Of a stretch of 64,000 bases of DNA, positions 26,232-39,487 are shown one piece after another. Position numbers and translations under genes: made by a program. The stretch's first letter is position 1, and each line of letters starts with the position of its first letter. The stretch comes from Octopus sinensis (Eukaryota): the NCBI RefSeq assembly GCF_006345805.1, contig NC_043006.1, forward strand, positions 11,842,001 to 11,906,000, in the 5' to 3' direction. Under the pieces are notes generated by a model. It was not told the DNA's origin. It saw only the letters and a list, made by a program, of their open reading frames with translations, and did not search any database.

Positions 26232-26305
<74 letters not shown>

Positions 26306-26378
26306 CCTACCTACCTATCTATCTATCTATCTATCTATGTACCTACCTACCTACCTACCTACCTACCTACCTACCTAC

Positions 26379-26435
<57 letters not shown>

Positions 26436-26437
26436 CA

Positions 26438-26468
<31 letters not shown>

Positions 26469-26480
26469 GAATAAATATAT
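26010..26480. repeat. (TATC)n/(TACC)n array (GATA/Bkm-type)
   Basis: Direct reading. Confidence 0.95.
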
Positions 26481-26594
26481 ATGTGTGTGTGTTTGTGTGT
26501 GCGTGTATGTGTGTGTGTGTTTGATTCATCTACCACCGCATGACAACCGCATTGCCTAAGAATAGCTTCAGTTTAGTAACTGAAACATATGATA

Positions 26595-26629
<35 letters not shown>

Positions 26630-26795
26630 CTTATCACATGATAAAAAATCTACCCATGAGTAAAGATCTTCTATTACCATGTTTTTACTGATAAAATTCA
26701 TCTTTCTATCTACATGTCTTCCCTCTTTGTAATGTTGGAAAATGGAATAAGTATAAAAATAAACATTGTCAATAAGATTAAAACAAAATTCCATA

Positions 26796-26883
26796 TGTGG
26801 CTGAAGAGTGCCCTACATTTTAAAACTCATGTAATACTTACATTGATTAAATAAATGAAGTAGCATGAAACGATTGTACTACA
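26796..26883 (+). ncRNA. Type I hammerhead-like motif with canonical core
   Basis: TGTGG-CTGAAGA-GTGC...GCAT-GAA-ACG-at-TGT-A-CTACA; predicted cut after GUA at 26878. Confidence 0.65.
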
Positions 26884-26934
26884 CTATGTTTGAATATCCT
26901 TGTTGCTTATTTTGGTATAAATATATATATATAT

Positions 26935-27714
26935 AGCAAACACTATATGAGAGAGGTTTTCTTTAAGTATTAGAAATAGTTTTATAAATGTTTTTTTAGC
27001 TGCTATTTCTAATGAGTTCAGTATGCGGCAAAGTAATTTATTTTACTAAGCCCTTTTATATAATGTAATAATTTGAATTCGCCTTAAATGGTCCCTTGCA
27101 TACTGAACACTTGGTGAAATTGATTAATTAATTAATTTTACCCTCAATTGTTGAAATTATAATTCATCTCTCTCTATTTAAATGCCTCGGATTTTACCGA
27201 AAAAAGCATAGTGTTTACTGATTTTAACCCACGCTGGTGGAAAGGGGAGAGCAGAAATTCTTCGCTTGCATATTTGAGTTTGTTGGCACTGTTAGTTACG
27301 AGCGGATCTTCAGAAGCGATAAGAAGCCGAAAGGGTATGCTCCCACTTTCAGTGTTTTCAAATCCAAACCAGGGAGTTCTGAGCTGATGATAGAAATGTC
27401 GAGTTTGACTAATCTTGAAACGTACGTTCTCAAATAACCTTTGCATTTGATTTTTTAATGTCTCTACCCCCATACCTTCTTGAGTTGAATTGAGCAAACA
27501 CTATATGAGAGAGGTTTTCTTTAAGTATTAGAAATAGTTTTATAAATGTCTTTTTAGCTGCTATTTCTAATGAGTTCAGTATGCGGCAAAGTAATTTATT
27601 TTACTAAGCCCTTTTATATAATGTAATAATTTGAATTCGCCTTAAATGGTCCCTTTGCATACTGAACACTTGGTGAAATTGATTAATTAATTAATTTTTC
27701 CCTCAATTGTTGAA

Positions 27715-27720
<6 letters not shown>
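26935..27720. repeat. Near-identical ~227-bp direct repeats (26935-27161, 27493-27720) flanking a ~330-bp unique segment
   Basis: Both start AGCAAACACTATATGAGAGAGG and end TTGTTGAAATTATA; period 558 bp; only a few differences. Confidence 0.95.
27380..27432 (+). ncRNA. Type I hammerhead-like motif between the direct repeats
   Basis: TGAG-CTGATGA-T-AGA-aat-GTC-gagttt-GAC-taa-TCT-T-GAA-ACG-ta-CGT-T-CTCA; palindromic ACGTACGT helix III. Confidence 0.65.
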
Positions 27721-28030
<310 letters not shown>

Positions 28031-28089
28031 TATGCGTGAGAGAGGTTCAATTGTAACATTTTTGCTTCGGCTGGGAGGTTCCAAATTTA

Positions 28090-28359
28090 GATTTCTAATA
28101 AAGATTCTTCATATTAAAATTGTGGTATTTATTAAAGAAATATGAAAATTTAACAAGTATAAGGCATGCATGGATTAAAATTTTATAAAAATTTTTACAT
28201 CTTCTCTTCCGGATTTTTAATTGTTAGTTGAGTTTAGATAGGATTATATCCTATAAATTCTCATAACACACCTTATACTTGTTAAATTTTCTTATCTTGT
28301 AAATAAATACTTACATTAGTAAACTACAATTTGAATATGAAGAATCTTTATTAGAAATC
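28090..28359. repeat. Fold-back element with two pairs of inverted arms
   Basis: Outer arms 28090-28124/28325-28359 (2 mismatches in 35); inner arms 28144-28164/28271-28291 (21-bp perfect). Confidence 0.85.
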
Positions 28360-28523
28360 CAACATTGCCCCCCCCCCCCCACTAAAGCAAAAATGCTCTG
28401 ATTGAACTCAACATCACTCACAGACACACACACACATATATATATATGTTATCCTCTTTGTGATTTTGGATAATAAGAAAACTATAGAAATGAATCCTTC
28501 GAATTTAACTAAATTTTATAATT

Positions 28524-28608
28524 TAATGCACCTGAAGATTGGTCTACATTTTAAATTGATGTAATATTTGCAGTTTCAATAGTCGCATGAAACGTTCGTA
28601 CTGCATTA
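28524..28608 (+). ncRNA. Degenerate type I hammerhead-like motif, homologous to 26796-26883
   Basis: TAATGCAC-CTGAAGA-...-GCAT-GAA-ACG-tt-CGT-A-CTGCATTA; downstream GATATCCTTGTTGCT matches the 26796 copy except at one base. Confidence 0.5.
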
Positions 28609-28939
28609 CGTCTGGATATCCTTGTTGCTCATTTTGATTATATATCAGAAATATGTATTTAGCTATGCTATCTTTGATTTTGGAATTTTTTCGTCTGCTA
28701 TATATATGTACAGCGTTTCTAATACCATAAGAAATGTCTTCTCATGAGGATTACTATAGTTTTTCACTCTTCAACATTATATCTACCTGCAATATGATAT
28801 ACAAATGGCTAGTTGGAACTAATATTGCGAGCATCACTAATAACCAAACAATATATAAATATATATATATATATATATCAATTTATATATATATATATAT
28901 ATATATAATATAATATAACTAAAATAATAATAATAATAA

Positions 28940-28982
<43 letters not shown>

Positions 28983-30714
28983 GGAAATATGATTCCAGAC
29001 TTACAGAGAGAAATTCAATTTAGTAATACTAAATCAAATTTCACAATATTTAATATATGTATATAAATTAGAGAAGAACCTCCGTGTAGTAATTCAACAA
29101 TGATATAATTAAATCATGCCATACAGAAAAAATTAAATATACGGTAAAACATATACCTATAATTAAGTAAAGTACAACATAGTAAATAAATAGTATATAA
29201 TTGGTAAAAAGATTGTATAATACTGTCTTTTTGAATTTCTTTCTCGTGTACTCTTATGAATTCAATCAACTACTCTCGGTATCTCTTCGTTTTACTATTC
29301 CTAGATAGCAGGAAAATGGTGATAATTATAAAACAAATTATTCAATGGGAAGCCAGAGTAAAAAAAAAAATATGCTGCTGCTTTACATAGCGAAATATAC
29401 AGATATTTTCTGCGGTACATACACCACATCACGCATTTGGGTTATTGAACTACAGAACAAATAACCAATACACAAACGAGTGTTCGTTATGTAGCTTTTG
29501 AGTAAAACGCAGATACACTCAAATATGACTCTTAGTGACACATACACTGACGCGCGCGCATTCACACGTACACTCTCTCTCCACACGCGCTTATACACAT
29601 ATCTATTTATATAGTACAGTCGACATGGGCTCATGAATACCGTACTTGAGTCGGGCACGATAAATACCTTAGCTCAAAGAGAAAGCAAACTAAAATCGTT
29701 CGACGACCGGTAATGACGGAAGTGAAAAAGGCGATAAGTTCAAATAAATTACGTATATTTCGTATTAGATTGTTATTTTAGGAGAAAAAAACAATCTAAT
29801 TTTCTGTTTGAAGGCAAGAGATAACAATGGGCACAGGGTTTGGTGTCGATATGCCTTATCTGGAAAGCCTATTTTGACAAATACAGAAAGCGTTGTTCCT
29901 TCGCTTCAGAAACAGATAGAAATATTTGAATTATAGAAAAGCGTTAGGAATATTCTTCGCGCAGGGTAAAAGGGAAATATTGTAAACGAAAGTAAGTAAG
30001 AAAAGGATCAGAGTCACGAATTTGGATTACAAAGGCGAAAGGCGTTATAATGAATGTCAAAAATGATACATTTCTCATTTCTAAACTTTCCTTTCATGAG
30101 CAGAATCAGTGGATGTTTGCAGAATGATTCCTTTTCTCGTTTTTGAAGTACCGATAGTCACCAACATATATATATAATCGATCTAGACTTATCTCCTGCA
30201 TTATATACATTGACTCCGTTGAATTCCAATTCACTGTCCATATAAATAAAAATCATCTCTCAATAGAAGTAACTAGGGAATGCTTTCTTAATATTTACTT
30301 AACTAATTTCTTCCGATCGCGTTTTGTACAACAGCGTAAAGACTTCTCCCGTTCGAAAGTTTTATATAAGCAACGCTAAATCTGACGCCTTTCAGTAACT
30401 TACAATTTTTCATTTACTTAAATTAAGGAGTATTTTCCCTCTGATTTTCCGAACTAGTCTAAAGCTTTATTTCTTTTTATCTTCCCTTCAGTTGCTATTT
30501 CAATTCCTTATAATCGCATGCTGCACAGTTTTCACTCCGATTTAACTGTATGTTAAATCCGATTCCTTTATACACTAATATAAACTGTGTCATAGTGCTC
30601 TTCCTTTTGGTCGGGTTATTTTTGATTACTTGTAGTTTACTCCACAACACTCAAACACTGTTCATCCGAGATGAGTATACGTCTCCCAAACAGAAGGAGG
30701 TAGTGACTATACAT

Positions 30715-30734
30715 ACGTACATACATACATACAT

Positions 30735-30783
<49 letters not shown>

Positions 30784-30791
30784 ACATATAC

Positions 30792-30822
<31 letters not shown>

Positions 30823-31040
30823 CATATATACATATATATATATACATTATATATATATATACATATATATACATATATATATATACGTATACATATATAT
30901 ATATACATATATATATACACATATATATATTATACATATATATACAATATATATATACATATATATATACATATGTATATATATATACATACACACACAT
31001 ACACACACATACACACACATACCCACACATACACACACAT

Positions 31041-31075
<35 letters not shown>
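30715..31075. repeat. (TA)n/(CA)n array
   Basis: Direct reading. Confidence 0.95.
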
Positions 31076-31076
31076 A

Positions 31077-31254
31077 GTAACTATAATATGTGACAGTCAT
31101 TCGGTAGCCATGATAAAAATCCGAGTTTCGGATGTCGGTGCGGAAACCGACGCCGCCATCTCTTCAGTTATCGGGCCATCGAAAAAATGCATCATGGCTA
31201 CTGAAGCCGGAGTTTTATCATGGTTACCGAATAATTGTCACATACTATATTTAC
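31077..31254. mobile_element. Palindromic element (47-bp arms) containing a minus-strand hammerhead-like motif
   Basis: Arms 31077-31123/31208-31254 with 6 mismatches; motif GATAA-CTGAAGA-GATG...CATC-C-GAAAC-TCGGATT-T-TTATC at 31172-31112. Confidence 0.7.
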
Positions 31255-31313
31255 AGATAAATTCCTCTATTTACATAATATCGAGGTCTCTTTCATTCTT
31301 TTGTTTTCTTACC

Positions 31314-31372
<59 letters not shown>

Positions 31373-31833
31373 TATATAGAAATAGAAATATTATTTCTCA
31401 ATCTCTCTAAATGAGACTACAGTAGCAGCACTGGGTATTAATAGTTGTCGCCAAGCTAACATGGCAGTCCAGAAATATAGGACGAACGCTGCCGTTGATT
31501 ACCTCCAAGAGGCCATCGCCTCTAGTTAGCTATGTGACACGCAAACCTGTGTCCATTACAACCTTGGAACAAGGGAGATCATCAGCTTCACCATGCTGGT
31601 TCAGACATCCATATTTTCTGGACTGCAATGTTACCTTGGCGACAACTATTAATGCATATATACATACATATATTTTTAGATTTTGAATTGAAAAAGTTTG
31701 GCACTGGCTTCGAAATTTTGAATTTCTCGCATCTATTTGACCAAAGGGAACATATTCAAAACTTCGAAGTCACTAAAATCTTTTCTTTGCAAAGACTTCA
31801 CATTGATAACACACATACACATATCCGCACGCT

Positions 31834-31882
<49 letters not shown>

Positions 31883-31889
31883 TAACTGA

Positions 31890-32180
31890 CATCTGTCAGG
31901 TATGACGACGATTGTTCCGGTTGATCCGAGCCTTCTCGTGAAATTAACGTGGAAAGTGGCTGAGCACTCCACAGACACGCGTACCCTCACATACTGCTTA
32001 GAGAGATTCAACGTGATATGGACATAAAGAGGCTGGCGTTTTGAATTACAGGTACAACGCATTTTGCCAGTTGAATGTGCTGGAAGAAGATGGAATAAAG
32101 TTTCCAGCTGAAAGACATGCCCACGAACCGGTCGGTCTCACTCTTCGTCAGCCTAATACCCTAACCACTAAGCCACACGA
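31890..32180 (-). mobile_element. Old SINE group A-related copy
   Basis: CTCGTGAAATTAACGTG...GTGGCTGAGCACTCCACAGACACG tail and CCCTAACCAC head remnant. Confidence 0.65.
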
Positions 32181-32194
32181 TTTTATACACACCC

Positions 32195-32236
<42 letters not shown>

Positions 32237-32399
32237 TCACACACACACACAAATAAGGGCTACGCGGAGTGTTGTGAATACTGTGTCAAAGTAAGAAAAC
32301 TTTTAAAAATTAAGAATAATTTGTGGATAAATGTACTTATTGATAACGTAATCGAATTCTTTAACCGTTCTTCACTGCAAATGTATTATTCTCTTGAAG

Positions 32400-32720
32400 T
32401 GTTAGGAGAACTATCGAATGCATTCTTATACAGCCACTTAAAAATGATTCATCTGGCAATAATTCGTTCTCATTTCAAGGAAATTCAGTAAAAGCAAATT
32501 TCTTTTCTGAAAAGCATCACACCTTTTATGCCAATGAAGCATTTAGCTCTAAAATTCTAGTCTTAAAGTCTACTAATTTTGAGTTCCATCACCTGACCTG
32601 GAGACTTGATGACACGTTCATGTTATTTATTGCAAAATCCATTCCCCTCTACAGACTTTAATAAATGATATCGAATATGTCATTCAGCTGGTTTATCCTT
32701 CTCACAATTGCTCTTCTTAT
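32400..32720 (-). mobile_element. Possible decayed LINE APE-endonuclease fragment
   Basis: GMDFAINN resembles the RTE GVGFAIKN motif; many stops. Confidence 0.3.
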
Positions 32721-34146
32721 TGTTTCTTCTACACGCACACGCCGCACACACATGCATCATCCAATAGACGCCATCATCCAGCCGCTATGTCTCACATCTT
32801 AAGTTATTAACTGCTAATCCCCATATTAAGCAGTAAATCTAATATTGTATAAATAAAATTCATATCTGATCAAAATTTGAAACATGATATCGATAAGAAT
32901 TTTATATAATATTTGAAACGACAGCACAGCTGCAGAATGTTTCATATACGCAACTCTAAATCTGATGTCTTTCAATAACTTACCATTTTTAAATTAAAAA
33001 TTTCCCGAACCTTCCCTTCGTTTGCTACTTTAATTATAATTGTATGCCTCCCAATTTTCACTCTGACTTAACTGCTTGTTAAGTCTAATTCCTTTATACA
33101 CTAGAACAAACTCTGTCACCGTGCTCTTCCTTTCGACCGGATACTAAACATGCAGAATATACACCGAACCGCCTATAATAACCAAAATATTATTAGTTTT
33201 GACGGAGACAATGTCATGAATTGTGGAGAAATTAAATCGTTTTAAGTAACTCGATTACATAGATATTACTTATTTCACTGGTCCTTTGGGAATAAGAGGA
33301 AATCAACCTACCTACGTTTAAAGTTCAGAATATTAAGAGAGTAACTAAACAGCACATTGAAATCATTGGTATCACAGAGTGGAAGTACAAAAGAACAATG
33401 TGGCCGTTTCTAGCAAGAAGGTAGGTTTGAACTACGGTTCAAAAGTACAAAAGTAATTTAGTAATCGAAATGCTTAATGCGTAATTTGAAAAATAATGGC
33501 TCAAGGATAATGGGAAAATAATTAAAATATCCAAAAAAAAATTTTTAAATAGAAAACAAATAATTTAAATGTGAAATCATGTCAAGTCAACGTGACAAAA
33601 CGACGCTTAAAAAATATCTTTTAACGAAGGGCGATCTTGTGGCGTATAAATAGTATCAAACAATAAAACAAAAGAGAAAACAAGTCCGTTGACTACCAAA
33701 CGAAAATTGCGTTGTAACACGATGAGAGAAAACGCTCGGAAAAACTGAGCAGAACGAAATTAGAGGAACTTGTCTCAGAGATCCAAATTTGAAAACTGAA
33801 ACTTTGCTTTATTGATTACTGAATACAAATCAACGAGAATCAAATCAAAAGCGGAGAAACTACCGAGAACACACAAAAAACGGCAGTGATTGATGTATAT
33901 TTGGTGAGAAGTAATTGGCAATCGATCTTTTTTTGTTTTCTTTCTGGCCCGAAATTGCATTTATTAAACGGTATGGTGGTGTTGGAAGTATTGTATATCG
34001 AAATCATTGCCAATAATATGTAATTCTTGTAGAATTCGGGTATCACAAAGGCACCCGGCAAAGTAGGTTAAATATTAAACTCTAGGACAAAATAAAGAAA
34101 CAATACATACATACATATCAATATGTGTATGGGTCTATATATCTCT

Positions 34147-34217
<71 letters not shown>

Positions 34218-34258
34218 GTATATATATATATATAATATAATGTGTATGTATATATAAA

Positions 34259-34594
34259 AGGGTAAAGACCCCCTTCGGTCATGAATGACCATGGGATTGC
34301 ACCTAGAAAGTTGCCCTCCTAGACACAAGTCCGGGCAAGGTTGTTTTGTTTTCTTATGGAAGACCAGCAGTCGCCCATGCATACAAGCCTCCCCTCTCCA
34401 CGCCACCAGTGTTATCCAAGGGAAAGACAAAGGTCGATACAGCTTGGCACCAGTGACGTCGCAACTCATTTCTACAGCTGAGTGAACTGGAGCAACGTGA
34501 AATAAAGTGCCTTGCTCAAGAACACAACACGCAGCCCGGTCCGGGATTCGAGCTCACAACCTCACGATCGTAAGCTCGACGCTCTAACCACTGA

Positions 34595-34598
<4 letters not shown>
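34259..34598 (-). mobile_element. Full-length SINE group C (CORE-like), inserted in (TA)n
   Basis: Head TGGCTCAGTGGTTAGAGCG...GAGCTCGAATCCCGG; homologous to 49287-49619. Confidence 0.9.
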
Positions 34599-34690
<92 letters not shown>

Positions 34691-35708
34691 ATGTATATAT
34701 ATATATACATATAAATATATGTGTATGTACGTATATATATAGCCACACACACGCATACTTGTAAAGTAGGAGGGAATTAATCGAATACTATTAAACGAAA
34801 TTTCTTAAGCAACTCCAGATTTCCTTAAATTGGGAGCGCAAATCGCAGAGAATCAATATTTGGCAAATCAGAGAGGATCAATATTAGAAGATTGAACCTA
34901 ACTAACAACAGTTTCTGAAGCAAATTTGGAAAGACTGCATCTTTAAGGACATTGTTTATATTAAGAATAAAGAAAACGAAAGGAAATGGAAATGGAACAA
35001 ATGCCTCATCCACCCACTGTTAAATATATACGGCAAAATAACGCACAGAAAAGAATCGTTATGTAAAACGGAACATTGTGATTGTGAATGGTATAAGAAA
35101 AGACCAAGGAACTTTAAGAATAACGAGTAGAGAAAAAAAAATTCTCATACAATTTTTATAAGGGGTCGATCAAAGCAAGAAAAAAATCCCTATTGAAATG
35201 CATAGATAAAATAAATAAGAACTAGGAGAAATAATATATAAAGAACAGTGTAATTAAAAAGAAGGCAAACAGCTGCATTAAACAAATATTGCAAACATAC
35301 ACAACCACGAGTGGGAAGAGATTGTAATATAATTCGTATAGGGAGCAAATGAAATACCTGCAGAGTTAATGGAGCGCCAACTGTCTTAGTGAAGTGCTCA
35401 CATGAAATTTCGTAAAATCCTTCATTCGGATTCTTAAGGACAATACCTAAATGTTTAATAGTATTCAGAGGAATGTTCTATGCTGTAACGATCATCCACC
35501 AACTACTTATAATATTCTTACAGTGTATGCCCTGTGGGTCTCGGTAAACGTCTAATGTTGTTATATATTGTTATAATTATACGTATGAAGCTATGGCATA
35601 AAGGATGATATCCAATAGGCATAGGTACCCACACACTCACGCTCAAGTATGCTCAAATATGTTCTTTCTGTCACTAGCCATCCATCCATCCATCTACACA
35701 TACATACA

Positions 35709-35787
<79 letters not shown>

Positions 35788-35936
35788 GTTGTATCTGTAT
35801 GTATGTGTACACATACAAAATTTACCGATAAAACAAAACGCGCCCCCCCAAAAAAACCCGACAAAATGCATTTGTATATAGGTAAAATTTACGAGATACG
35901 AATATTTTATGATTATAATCTCTGTCACTTATACCT

Positions 35937-36169
35937 ATTTCTTTACTACCCACAAGGGGCTAAACACATAGAGGACAAACAAGGACAGACAAACAGATTA
36001 AGTCGATTATATCGAACCCAGTGCGTAACTGGTACTTATTTAATCGACCCCGAAAGGATGAAAGGCGAAGTCGACCTCGGTGGAATTTGAACTCAGAACG
36101 TAACGGCAGACGAAATGCCGTTAAGCATTTTGCCCGGCGTGCTAACGACTCTGCTAGCTCGCCGCCTTG
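35937..36169 (-). mobile_element. SINE group B with 15-bp TSD
   Basis: TSD CTGTCACTTATACCT at 35922-35936 and 36170-36184. Confidence 0.9.
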
Positions 36170-36636
36170 CTGTCACTTATACCTTACTTAGATCCTTAAT
36201 GGATACCAATTAAACTGGATCTCGAAATGACAAATACAGAGTACGGATCAACTGACAGGACGACAAGCGCACACACGCACAGACAGTCAGACAGTCAGAC
36301 AAACAGAAAGCCCGACTCACACACATTATCTAAGGCTATATTTCAAAAACAGTTACTACATGTAATTCTTAGCGCAAGTATTATTCTTTTACTCTCTTAC
36401 TAGTTTTTGTCAGTAAACTGTTTTGGGACATCATCTTGGATGGGTTAGTCGAACAAATCGACTCAAGTTCTCTTTAAGTCTGCTACTAATTCTATCAGTC
36501 TCTTTTGTCAAGCGATGTGGTACCCAAAACATACCTTCCTTCCTTCCTTCCTTCCTTCCTTCCTTCCTTCCTTCCTTCCTACCTATCTACCTACCTACAT
36601 ACCTACCTACCTACCTAAATACCTACCTATATATAT

Positions 36637-36689
<53 letters not shown>

Positions 36690-36717
36690 TATATATGGAA
36701 AAAAGTCAAGATAGAAA

Positions 36718-36967
36718 ATGCTAAAATAATTTTATAAAAAACATTTCAGTACCGATTTCAGTCATTGAGACAAGAGTAAACAAGAGAAACAGAGACAGGC
36801 AGAAACAAGGAAAATGTCTCTTGTATTTGAACACTATACAATTATTCTTTTAAAAAAACTTTTCTTTTAATTTTTCCAAAATTTAATTGTTTTCCATATT
36901 TACAGTTGAAAAAGTCTCAATGACTGAAACCGGTACAGAAACGTTTTTTATAAAATTATTTTAGCAT
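36718..36967. mobile_element. Fold-back element (54-bp arms) carrying a U3-A8 hammerhead-like motif
   Basis: Arms 36718-36771/36914-36967 match at 51/54; motif at 36903-36938. Confidence 0.75.
36903..36938 (+). ncRNA. Minimal hammerhead-like motif, U3-A8 covariant core
   Basis: CAG-TTGAAAA-AGTC-tcaat-GACT-GAA-ACCGGT-A-CAG (CTG in the opposite arm). Confidence 0.6.
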
Positions 36968-37057
36968 GTTCTATGTTGACTTTTTTTCTACATATATCAA
37001 ACTCATGTGTCCCTTTCAACCTTCTACATATATACATATACATGCATACATACATAT

Positions 37058-37088
<31 letters not shown>

Positions 37089-37120
37089 TATATACATACA
37101 TACATACACACACACACACT

Positions 37121-37157
<37 letters not shown>

Positions 37158-37186
37158 TAGTAAAGCTGCAAAACTTCGCAAAAAGA

Positions 37187-37224
37187 CCGTTACTCAGAGT
37201 TTCACGTTTCCTTTCGTCGGAAGG
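37187..37224 (-). ncRNA. Minimal hammerhead-like motif (C4 variant)
   Basis: CCTT-CCGACGA-AAG-gaaa-CGT-GAA-ACTC-t-GAGT-A-ACGG. Confidence 0.5.
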
Positions 37225-39487
37225 AACAGATTTTTTGTGACGTTTTCGCAGCTTAAATTTAAAAAAAGCATGTTACTCTACTTTCGCTATTCGAGTACTA
37301 TTCCTTCTGCTTTGTTTTGCATTTATGTACTTTTACGTACATACATGGTCGTATGGCCTGGTGGTTAGGATGACGCTCTCATGAGCGCAACATGGTGGTC
37401 TCATTTCCTAAACTGGGTGGTGTGTTGTGTTCTTGCGAAAAACACTTCATCTCACGTTCCTCAGCGATCACTTCGATAGCTCCTGCGTGGTACACCGTGC
37501 ATCCATCCTGGCAAAGTCAATTTGTTGGGGCATAAGATAATATGCACCACACACATTTAGTCACAATAAACTAGTCATTTGTGCAGATCTTTCGGCAACA
37601 ACAGAACGCTCATATATATATATATACATGCATGGATATATATACACACAATTAGTTTCCACACAGTTTCCGTCGACAAAATTCATTTACAAGGCTTTGG
37701 GCAGGGTGACTCGGGGTTATAATAAAAATTAAGCTCGGTTATATAGTAGAAATTAGAAGACAGGTCCTTTAAGGGCTACGCATTGGAACTGAACCCGAAA
37801 TCATGCGGTTGCTCAGCGTAGTTTTTTTTTTTTGTACCACAAATCTATGCTGACAGGTATTCGATAAATGTGAAAGGAGCAGTAAAATCAATACAAACAG
37901 AAAGACGGATAGAAAAATAATACATATGACATTTCCATGAAGTCACAAAAATATGTATTTTTAGTATTTAAAATAAATATTGCAGAAAGTATTTAACAGT
38001 TGAGTGTAAAACAAAGAACATTAGATGAGGGTATTGAAAGACACATGAAATCATGAGGTAGAACTTGATAATGCTGGCTGAATACTATTAGTAATCAAAA
38101 ATACTTTAATAGTAAGAGCTAGTTAACAAATCATATGGGAACTGCATGGGCTCATAATCTTTATGTATAGTATTTAAGCGTCTTCATCGAAAAGGGTCCG
38201 CCCCTTTTCTTTTAGCCTACTCTCAGAAGAATTTGACCTCTAAAGTATAACTAAATGAGCTGAGAATTAAGCGTGTGTCAAATCATTTGATGCAATGTAG
38301 TCATAGTGATGTGATGGTGTCAGTTGCCACTCCTATAGGGCTAGCAGAAAGTGATAAAAAAACTAGAATACAAACCAATAAGAAAACCAAAAACATTGCC
38401 TGTTTATATTTACGACGGCCGTTCGGAATATTAAGGAGTAAAAAGTAAAAGAAAAAAGACTTTAGATTAACACAGTTAAAGAACACAAGGTTCCAATGAA
38501 TATTTTCTGTTTTCAATAAGGCTGGAACACACAAAGGAAATTTGGAGGAAAAGAATCTCGTGTCGAGAAAAACTAGAGAAAACAGTGTAGAAAAAATAAA
38601 AATAAGAAAAAACAAAGTCAGCTAAAGGCTGTATGAAAACAGTATATGAATGAAGGGTAGAATGTTTGCATGGCAACAGAGTTCAACAAATAAATTCGAT
38701 TCAGCAAGAATTACAAACTCAGTACCGAAGTTTAAGATTAAATATCATATCTGATGCTATGCTGCTAACAGCATAATAAAACTGGTGTTTGAAATCCAAG
38801 AGTTATTTAAAGATTATCGAATAAAAGGAGACCAGTATCGTCGATAGTTTGAAAGAATATTGAAAAGCGACAATCGATTACATTGTTTCTTCAGAATCTT
38901 AGCAACAGAAATGATCACAAAAGAAAATCACTGATACATCAAAGTTTGTAGATATAACAAAAAGTGATAGAATATTCCTCCAAGCATTGACTGGAAGTAA
39001 CAATATGGAACATGTTTGCGCATAGTGACAAAGATAAAGGCTAACATTTCCAGACATCATTGTTAGCGTAACAGAGATAAGCTATACCTACCTTACTGAT
39101 ATGTTCACTCCGATTGATGAAAATATCAGCTTTACGAACACCTATTCACCAATCATTCATATAACAAGAACCTAATTACATAATAGCTGATTCCTGTTCC
39201 TCAAGGACGCATAAAGAAAATTCATGAATAAAGTTAACTTCAGATTCAATTTAAAATTTATAAGAGGCGGGATGAATACTGCAGAAGAGTTCATATAATT
39301 TGAGTGGTATTTTATTAAAGAACAAAATAATTACCATGGCTGAAGTTAAATAAAGAACAAAAATGTGGTGGTGGGTAAAAAGGATAGAAATGGTCAGAAT
39401 AGGGAGAAAGGGTCAGGAATAATATATGTACTCGTGAAAATTTGTTTAACCGTAAGAGGTATTTGATAGACATATGCTAATATGGAT

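Noticed and set aside
27174-27497. 107-aa minus-strand ORF as a possible PLE GIY-YIG C-terminus
   Set aside because: Only a vague resemblance (SPFHQ...RER.II); needs an HMM search.
33780-34071. TTAA-CC terminus suggesting piggyBac
   Set aside because: Partner TIR not found.
38300-39200. Decayed coding-like stretch (FLQALTGSN) suggesting a transposase
   Set aside because: One weak motif with many stops; family cannot be assigned.
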